DNA of 64,000 bases from Candidatus Omnitrophota bacterium (GTDB lineage: Bacteria > Omnitrophota > Gorgyraeia > Pluralincolimonadales > Pluralincolimonadaceae), in contig JBAZJG010000002.1 in NCBI GenBank assembly GCA_041651455.1, positions 49,431 to 113,430 of the forward strand. Direction: 5' to 3'. Within the stretch, counting starts at the first letter, position 1; each line of letters begins with the position of its first letter. Below the pieces are notes generated by a model that saw only the letters and a program-made list of their open reading frames with translations, was not told where the DNA came from and ran no database searches. Below, in pieces: positions 55,696-64,000 of this stretch. The position numbers and the translations under genes are program-made.

Positions 55696-56265
55696 ATGCG
55701 TAAAATTTTTTTAACCACTTTCTCATTTCTTTTAATAATGACGGTAGTTTCTTCCGCGGCGGCCGCGGAGGTAGTGCTGAAGATACGCGCGGTAAACCCG
55801 CTGGAGAAGCCGGCGGAGACGGTCGTCAAGGAATACCTGCCGAAGGGCGTTACGGCAAAGGACGTCATAAACAAGGGTAAGTTTAAGATAGAATACGACA
55901 AGGCGAAAGACCTGTATTATGCCGAGCAGAAAGTCACACTAAAGCCCAAGGAGGTCCTTGTCCTGCAGGTCGAGGTGAAGGACGTATGGGTCGTGCCGGC
56001 GAAGAAGATCGACGCGCTGAGGGCGGAAGCGAAAAAGGCATACGCATCCAAGCCCGCAGACGCAAAGGGCTCAAAGACCGCGGATGACCTTTTCGCCGAG
56101 ATAAACAAGACGCTCGACAAAGTGGAAGCGCGCCAGCCGCAGAACACGATAGCGAAGGCGGGCGCGGAAGCGCATATGGAAGAATACTGGAAGGACGTCG
56201 AATCGATAAAACAGGCGGAGTCGGACATTAAACTCGTGAAGCTCCTGAATGAAAAAAAGAAATAG
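55696..56265 (+). CDS. Secreted protein carrying one copy of an uncharacterised roughly 150-aa periplasmic domain (paralogous to the sensor domains of the downstream diguanylate cyclase)
   Basis: Start moved to the ATG at 55696, which has a GGAGG Shine-Dalgarno. Signal peptide. VVLKIRAVNP...YLPKGV...D.W.V core shared with 56249..58132. Confidence 0.5.
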   Translation: MRKIFLTTFSFLLIMTVVSSAAAAEVVLKIRAVNPLEKPAETVVKEYLPKGVTAKDVINKGKFKIEYDKAKDLYYAEQKVTLKPKEVLVLQVEVKDVWVVPAKKIDALRAEAKKAYASKPADAKGSKTADDLFAEINKTLDKVEARQPQNTIAKAGAEAHMEEYWKDVESIKQAESDIKLVKLLNEKKK

Positions 56266-58132
56266 CTTACTGATCATAGCGCTTATGATGTGGGCTTCGG
56301 CGGCTCAGGCGGGCGTCGTCCTGAAGATGACCGCCGAGAACCCTTCCCAGTACGAATCGCGCGATGTCTCGGTAAGGTCGTTCCTGCCTTCGGGTGTGAA
56401 ACCGGAGAATATAATAAATAACGGCGGGCTTGAGGTCGCCTATGACGTCAAGCAGGGGAAATATTATGTCTTCAAGGACGTAAAGCTCGGCCCGGAAGAG
56501 AGCGTGACCTACGAAATAGAGGTCGAGGACATATGGAGGGTAGATGAGGCGTATCTCGCCTCGCTGACCGCGCATGCGAGGGACCTCTCCGAAAAGCTCA
56601 GGAGGACGGAATATTCTGCGGTCGCCTCAAAGCTTAATGAGATAGTGGCTTCCGATGCCGCCGCGATACTGAAAAAACAGGATGCGTCGGGCACCGATAA
56701 GGTCGCGCCGGTCGAGCATATAAACGCCTACGAGGCGAATAAGGCCCTGCTCGACAAGATGCGCAAGGATATAGGGACGATGGAGAACCTCGTGATAGGG
56801 CTCGGGAAGGACGCCGGAAAGATAATGGGCGAAAGCTCAACGGGTTCGCGTTCGCTCGATGAGGTTTCCGCCGAGGCGGGCAGGAGCATAGAGTCCTCCG
56901 GCCTTGTCGGACAATCATCGCCGGGTACCGGAAAGCCAAAGACAATAACGCTCAAGATAGAGGTAACCAACCCGTCGAGAACGGAAGCCCGCAGGATCCC
57001 GGTTAATTATTACCTTCCTCCCGAGATCCGCAAAGATGATATAGTCGACGCGAAAGAACTCGAGCCGCGCCTTGATATCGAGAGGTCGGTATATTATATG
57101 CACCATCCCGGCGTGGAGCTCGGTCCAGGCGAGAGCAGGGTCTTCGAGATAACGGTGAAGGACAAATGGTCGGTAAGCGAACAGGTCCTACAAGCGCTCA
57201 AGAAGCAGGCGGAGGCCCTTACGGAGCTTGCCTCCTCGACGAAGGCCGATCCTGCGGTGGAAGCCCTTGCGAAGGAAGTGACGGAAAAGATAGACGCCAT
57301 ACTCGGGAAACAGGCGTCGCTGTCCGACACGTCGGAATATTACTCGCAGCAGCAGCAGGTCGCCGAGATACAGAGGTCGATAGGGAAGATGGAAGGGCTT
57401 TTGAAACAGGCCGGCGTCAGCGAAGAGCGCCTCAAGAAGATCCAGGATATTATGATAAAGGGCAGGTCCGATTACGGCACGGGCCCCGACCCTAAGGGCG
57501 TAAAGATGCTCGCGGGCACGATATTCAAGGGCAAGGCGCCGTCCACCGCCACGACCTGGAAGATAATATATATTATCCTCATATGTCTCGGCGTCATGAG
57601 CGCGGTATTCTACTTCTCGCAGGTAGAGCAGAGGCAGATGACGCTCTTCGACCAGCTGACAGGCGCATTCTCGAGGAAATACATAAACGAGAAGATAAGG
57701 GAGGAGGTAAAAGTCGCGAAAGCCGCAGGGATCGAATGTTCGCTGCTGCTGATAGACGTCGATAAGTTCAAGAACATCAACGACACTTACGGGCACGCGG
57801 TCGGCGACGTCATACTAAAGGAGTTCGTCATCGCGCTCAGGAAAAGCATACGCGCCACAGACCCCGTCGGAAGGTTCGGCGGCGATGAGTTCCTCGTCGT
57901 GCTCCCGACGGCGAACAAGGTAAAGGCGGCTGATATTGCCGAGAGCATTCGGAAAACCATCGAGGGTCACATAATAAAGATGGAGGACAAGGCCTACAGC
58001 GTCACCTCGAGCATCGGCGTCGCGACATATCCCGGCGACGCGGGTACGGCTGACGACCTCTTCAATAAGGCGGACAAGGCGATGTACGATTCGAAGGCGA
58101 AAGGCGGGAACGCGGTGACCGCGAATGTTTAA
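56249..58132 (+). CDS. Diguanylate cyclase (GGDEF) with a periplasmic sensor region built from two copies of the same uncharacterised domain, then one TM
   Basis: Signal peptide; VVLKMTAENP... and TLKIEVTNP... repeats; TM IIYIILICLGVMSAVFYF; GGDEF domain with GGDEF motif (RFGGDEFLVV). Confidence 0.85.
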   Translation: MKKRNSLLIIALMMWASAAQAGVVLKMTAENPSQYESRDVSVRSFLPSGVKPENIINNGGLEVAYDVKQGKYYVFKDVKLGPEESVTYEIEVEDIWRVDEAYLASLTAHARDLSEKLRRTEYSAVASKLNEIVASDAAAILKKQDASGTDKVAPVEHINAYEANKALLDKMRKDIGTMENLVIGLGKDAGKIMGESSTGSRSLDEVSAEAGRSIESSGLVGQSSPGTGKPKTITLKIEVTNPSRTEARRIPVNYYLPPEIRKDDIVDAKELEPRLDIERSVYYMHHPGVELGPGESRVFEITVKDKWSVSEQVLQALKKQAEALTELASSTKADPAVEALAKEVTEKIDAILGKQASLSDTSEYYSQQQQVAEIQRSIGKMEGLLKQAGVSEERLKKIQDIMIKGRSDYGTGPDPKGVKMLAGTIFKGKAPSTATTWKIIYIILICLGVMSAVFYFSQVEQRQMTLFDQLTGAFSRKYINEKIREEVKVAKAAGIECSLLLIDVDKFKNINDTYGHAVGDVILKEFVIALRKSIRATDPVGRFGGDEFLVVLPTANKVKAADIAESIRKTIEGHIIKMEDKAYSVTSSIGVATYPGDAGTADDLFNKADKAMYDSKAKGGNAVTANV

Positions 58133-58352
58133 CGTCTCCGTAATGGACCACGCCCAGGTGATATTCGAGGGCAAGGCCGCGAGCGTGATCCTTCCGGGAG
58201 ATTACGGCGAGTTCGAGATCCTTGATTTCCACAGGCCCATATTGAGTCTCCTCAAAAGAGGCATAATAATGATAGACGGGGTAAGTTTCCCGGTGGCAAA
58301 GGGTATCGCAAGGTTCCATAAGAACGAATTGGTAGCATTAGTGGAGCTCTGA
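58125..58352 (+). CDS. atpC: F-type ATP synthase epsilon subunit (N-terminal beta-sandwich domain only, 75 aa)
   Basis: Pattern VIFEGKAASVILPGDYGEFEILDFHRPILSLLKRGII matches the epsilon N-terminal domain. Confidence 0.65.
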   Translation: MFNVSVMDHAQVIFEGKAASVILPGDYGEFEILDFHRPILSLLKRGIIMIDGVSFPVAKGIARFHKNELVALVEL

Positions 58353-58353
58353 C

Positions 58354-58566
58354 ATGCGCAATTTCATAATAATACTCGTTATGTTCGTCGTGATACTCGG
58401 CCCTTCCGCCGTGATAGCGGCAATAGGGTTCGCCGCGATACGCGCGCTCGGGCGCAACCCGTCGGCCGCGCCGAAGATACTACCCGCGATGATAATTGCG
58501 CTGCTTTTCGCTGAAGCGATAGCGGTCATAGCGATGCTGATAATGTTCCAACTGTTCGGAAAATAG
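58354..58566 (+). CDS. atpE: F-type ATP synthase c subunit (70 aa, 2 TM, conserved carboxylate in FAEAIA)
   Basis: Two-helix hairpin with an RNPSAAPK loop and an E in helix 2. Confidence 0.65.
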   Translation: MRNFIIILVMFVVILGPSAVIAAIGFAAIRALGRNPSAAPKILPAMIIALLFAEAIAVIAMLIMFQLFGK

Positions 58567-58578
58567 CCGGAGGACTGG

Positions 58579-59292
58579 ATGGAGATACTTATCCCTATGA
58601 TAATATTGCAGGTCGTGACGTTCGCCGCGCTCGTCTTCGTCCTGCGTAAGCTTATGTATTCCGCTTCGGCCGAAGAGGCGAAACGGCTCAAGCAGATGGA
58701 AGAGGAGTACCTGAGGCGCACGCAGGACCTCGCCGCCAAGATGGAATCGGTGGACAAGGAATACAAGGCCAAGGTCACGATAGCCGAAGAGGAGGCTCGC
58801 CGCCTGAGGGAAGAGGCGAAGGTGGAGGCCGAGAAGATAAAGGAAGAATCGCTTACCAAGGCGCGCGACGAGAGCGAGCGAATAGTCAACCAGGCGGTAA
58901 ATACCCGCAGCAAGATAAAGCAGGAGATAGAATCGCAGGTGCAGTCGAAGGTGCTCGACACCTCGCGCAAGCTTGTCGCGAAGGTGCTCTCTTCAAAACA
59001 GCTGAAGCTGATGCACGAAGGCCTTATCGAGGAGCTTATTTCCGAGCTCGAGAAGGCCGACGGGAGGAAACTCACCGAAGCCCCGGACAGGGGCGAAGTA
59101 TCTGTCCCGTATGAGATGGGCAAGGAATGGGTCGATAAGATAGCCGCCGCGGTCTCGAAGAAGGCGGGCAGGAAGGTCTCGCTCTCCGAAAAGACCGACA
59201 AAGACGTCGTGGCCGGCGCGGTCATAAAACTCGGGAGCATAATCATAGACGGGAGCATCACCGGAAGATTAAAGGATGCCTATACAGACTGA
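58579..59292 (+). CDS. atpF: F-type ATP synthase b subunit with a delta-like C-terminal segment
   Basis: N-terminal TM plus a long charged coiled coil. C-terminus VVAGAVIKLGSIIIDGSITGRL resembles the C-terminus of delta/OSCP. Confidence 0.6.
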   Translation: MEILIPMIILQVVTFAALVFVLRKLMYSASAEEAKRLKQMEEEYLRRTQDLAAKMESVDKEYKAKVTIAEEEARRLREEAKVEAEKIKEESLTKARDESERIVNQAVNTRSKIKQEIESQVQSKVLDTSRKLVAKVLSSKQLKLMHEGLIEELISELEKADGRKLTEAPDRGEVSVPYEMGKEWVDKIAAAVSKKAGRKVSLSEKTDKDVVAGAVIKLGSIIIDGSITGRLKDAYTD

Positions 59293-60742
59293 AGCGATCA
59301 AGATACGCGAGGTCGGGCAGATACGCGAGATAAAGAAGGATATCGCGAAGGTGACCGGCCTTGAAAACTGCATGAACGGGCAGCTCGTCGACATAACGGA
59401 GAACTCAAAGGGCATGGTAATGGGTTTCGTCAACGACGAGGTACCCGTCCTGCTGCTCGGCAAGACCGACGAGGTGCGTGTAGGCGACAACGTATACAGC
59501 AGGATGGAGCCGTTCAAGATACCCGTCGGGGAAAATTTCATCGGGCGGGCGGTCAACGCGCTCGCGGAGCCGATGGACGGCAGGGGCCCGATAGAGCCGG
59601 GCGGGCATTATTCAGTGTTCAGGGACGCGCCGTCCGTGCTCGAGAGGGTGCCGATAACCGAGACGTTCGAGACAGGCGTGCTTATAATCGATTCGACGAT
59701 ACCGATCGGCAGGGGCCAGAGGGAGCTCATCATCGGCGACAGGATGACCGGCAAGACCGCAATATGCACCGACGCGATAATAAACCAGAAGGGCAAGGAT
59801 ATTATCTGCATATACTGCTGCGTCGGCCGCGCCTATTCGACGCTCGAGAGGATAGCCGAGACACTTAAAAATTCCGGTGCGATGGATTACACGATGATCG
59901 TCGCCGCGACGGCATCGTGCTCCGCCGGAGAACAGTACCTTGCCCCGTATACCGCCTGCGCGCTCGGCGAGTATTTCATGGACAAGGGAAAGCACGTCTT
60001 TGTCGTCTTCGACGATCTCACGAAGCATGCATGGATATACAGGCAGATATCGCTGCTGCTGGAGCGCCCGCCCGGACGCGAGGCGTATCCCGGCGACGTC
60101 TTCTATCTGCATTCCCAGCTCATGGAGCGCGCCGGAAAGCTTAGCCCCGAATGCGGCGGCGGGTCGATGACGTTCTTTCCCATAGTCGAGACCCTGCAGG
60201 GCGACGTGACCGGATATATATCCTCCAACCTCGTCTCGATGACGGACGGCCAGGTATATCTTAATACCCAGCTTTTCAACGAGGGGTTCAAGCCCGCCGT
60301 GGACGTCGGGCTTTCGGTATCCAGGATCGGCAACAAGGCGCAAAGCCCCGCGATGAGGGAGTTGTCCGCGATGCTGCGGCTCGAATACATACAATACAAC
60401 GAACTGCTGAAGATCACGCGCTTCAAGACCGGCACCTCCGACGAAGTAAACGTGCGCCTTAAGCACGGCGAGGCGCTGACACACCTGTTCGCGCAGAACA
60501 GGAACGACCCCTATCCCGCCGTAAAGGAGCTCGTGCTGCTCTATGCGCTCAGGCGCAACGTCCTAGACGTATTGTCAAAGGCGGAGATAACGGATTTCAA
60601 GGACAGGATACTGGGTTTCGCTCAGAAAGAGTACCCGTCGCTGGTTGGGGAGATAGCGGAGAAGAAAGAGCTTACGCCGGAGATAAAGAAGGCCCTAAAC
60701 GACTGTATCGTCGCTTTCTTCAAAGGGAAGGGCGGGAAATAG
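59276..60742 (+). CDS. atpA: F-type ATP synthase alpha subunit
   Basis: Walker A GDRMTGKT and alpha-subunit motifs (REAYPGDVFYLHSQLLERA). Confidence 0.9.
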   Translation: MPIQTEAIKIREVGQIREIKKDIAKVTGLENCMNGQLVDITENSKGMVMGFVNDEVPVLLLGKTDEVRVGDNVYSRMEPFKIPVGENFIGRAVNALAEPMDGRGPIEPGGHYSVFRDAPSVLERVPITETFETGVLIIDSTIPIGRGQRELIIGDRMTGKTAICTDAIINQKGKDIICIYCCVGRAYSTLERIAETLKNSGAMDYTMIVAATASCSAGEQYLAPYTACALGEYFMDKGKHVFVVFDDLTKHAWIYRQISLLLERPPGREAYPGDVFYLHSQLMERAGKLSPECGGGSMTFFPIVETLQGDVTGYISSNLVSMTDGQVYLNTQLFNEGFKPAVDVGLSVSRIGNKAQSPAMRELSAMLRLEYIQYNELLKITRFKTGTSDEVNVRLKHGEALTHLFAQNRNDPYPAVKELVLLYALRRNVLDVLSKAEITDFKDRILGFAQKEYPSLVGEIAEKKELTPEIKKALNDCIVAFFKGKGGK

Positions 60743-62982
<2,240 letters not shown>

Positions 62983-62983
62983 A

Positions 62984-64000
62984 ATGGCGTTAAGGCTCGG
63001 CGATATACTTGTGGAAAAGAAGATCATAACCGCCTATGAGCTCGAGCAGGCGGTAAAGGAGCAGCAGAAGACGAAGGAGCCCCTCGGCTCCGTGCTCGTC
63101 AGGATGGGCTTCATATCCGAAAGGCAGCTGCTGCAGATACTCGCCGAACAGCAGGGGATATCCTTCGTCGAGTTCAAGGACATCAGGATAGACGAGAATG
63201 CCGTCAAGAGCGTGCCCGCGAAGTTCGCGGTGCACTACAAGGTCATGCCGATAGCGATAGACGGGCACCTTCTAACGATCGCGACGTCGAACCCGTTCGA
63301 CATGTGGCCGGTAGACGACCTCGAGACGAACCTCGGTTTCCGCGTCGAGCGCGTGCTCTCGTCGTCGTCGGATATCCTCGAGATGATACGCAAATATTAC
63401 GGCGTCGGCGCCGACACGATCGAGAAGATACTCGCCGAGGAGTCCAAGGAGAGCAGGGCCGAAGAGGCGCAGCCGGAGAAGGTCGAGGACCTCACGAAGA
63501 TGGCGACGGACGCGTCGGTCATCAAGCTCGTGAACCAGATACTCCAGCAGGCGATAAACGACAGGGCGACCGACATCCATATCGAGAGGTTCAGGGAAGA
63601 CCTGCGCCTCAGGTACAGGATAGACGGTATTCTATACGATACGCAGATAGCGGGGGAGATCAGGTACCTCTATAACGCGATAATATCGAGGATAAAGATC
63701 ATGTCGGGGCTCAATATTATCGAGCGCCGCATCCCGCAGGACGGCCGCGCGAAGGTCAAGATCGGCAGCGAGGAATACGACCTGCGCATCTCGATACTCC
63801 CGACGCTCTACGGCGAGAATATCGTTATAAGGATACTGCCGACGACGATGCTCTTTAACATATCGCAATTGGGCCTCTCGAAGCAGTACCGGGAGATATT
63901 CGAACAGCTGCTGAAGAAGCCGCACGGCATCATCTTCCTGACCGGCCCGACGGGAAGCGGCAAGACGACGACCCTCTACGCGTGCCTCAGCATGCTCAAC
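62984..64000 (+). CDS. Type II secretion / type IV pilus assembly ATPase (GspE/PilB/MshE family), 3' partial; N-terminal T2SSE_N domain with an MshEN-like RLGxxLVxxxIIT motif
   Basis: ATG at 62984. T2SSE_N-like N-terminus; Walker A GPTGSGKTTT near the window end. The gene is not in the ORF track because it runs off the window. Confidence 0.85.
   Translation, partial: MALRLGDILVEKKIITAYELEQAVKEQQKTKEPLGSVLVRMGFISERQLLQILAEQQGISFVEFKDIRIDENAVKSVPAKFAVHYKVMPIAIDGHLLTIATSNPFDMWPVDDLETNLGFRVERVLSSSSDILEMIRKYYGVGADTIEKILAEESKESRAEEAQPEKVEDLTKMATDASVIKLVNQILQQAINDRATDIHIERFREDLRLRYRIDGILYDTQIAGEIRYLYNAIISRIKIMSGLNIIERRIPQDGRAKVKIGSEEYDLRISILPTLYGENIVIRILPTTMLFNISQLGLSKQYREIFEQLLKKPHGIIFLTGPTGSGKTTTLYACLSMLN

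Noticed and set aside
58354-58566. Whether the 70-aa membrane ORF is an AtpZ/AtpI-type accessory protein rather than subunit c
   Set aside because: The two-helix hairpin with a polar loop and a carboxylate in helix 2 fits subunit c better.

Overview
This 64-kb window comes from a roughly 58-60% GC bacterium. It has an uncultured-lineage look: a PEP-CTERM protein, a 3547-aa surface giant, many TGGTATA extended -10 promoters, near-leaderless starts, and a REP-associated tyrosine transposase with REP elements. The ORF and protein-similarity calls are my own reading and were not checked against any database. Almost everything is encoded on the + strand.

Left to right:
(1) A roughly 3-kb AT-rich (about 30% GC) island of five tightly packed genes of unknown function (199..2952). 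It is compositionally foreign, and I consider it the best candidate for an undescribed, horizontally acquired (defence-like?) module.
(2) Small membrane or secreted proteins, an unannotated 56-aa Gly-rich zinc-ribbon ORF, an amino-acid permease, a YhaM/UPF0597-family protein (minus strand), an FMN reductase, a MATE family efflux transporter, a cyclophilin and a cation diffusion facilitator transporter.
(3) An orphan 821-aa GspK-like minor pseudopilin with a CxxC zinc-ribbon insert and a lectin-like C-terminus.
(4) A beta-glucan/cellulose utilisation locus: a GntR/LacI-type regulator, a GH94 cellobiose phosphorylase, a GH9 endoglucanase, a clan GH-A hydrolase, an ECF sigma/anti-sigma pair and a GH3+PA14 beta-glucosidase. 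It is threaded with a paralogous family of CBM-like beta-sandwich domains, one of which ends in PEP-CTERM.
(5) A metallophosphoesterase, rubrerythrin, an outer-membrane channel (minus strand), HemW, BioY and an AzgA-like permease.
(6) A low-GC REP-associated tyrosine transposase flanked by perfect 28-bp inverted REP copies, with related REP copies after four other genes.
(7) A MerR-like HTH gene with a palindromic-operator promoter, followed by an MSHA-like ExeA-ATPase/secretin/TPR module, a two-component system and a PPIase.
(8) A 10.6-kb giant surface protein (propeller, LamG, Ig-like repeats, coiled coil).
(9) A secreted protein plus a diguanylate cyclase that share a triplicated unknown periplasmic domain, an F1Fo ATP synthase operon (epsilon-c-b-alpha-gamma-beta) lacking subunit a, and a partial PilB/MshE-type ATPase with an MshEN-like motif.

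I found no rRNA, tRNA or CRISPR.
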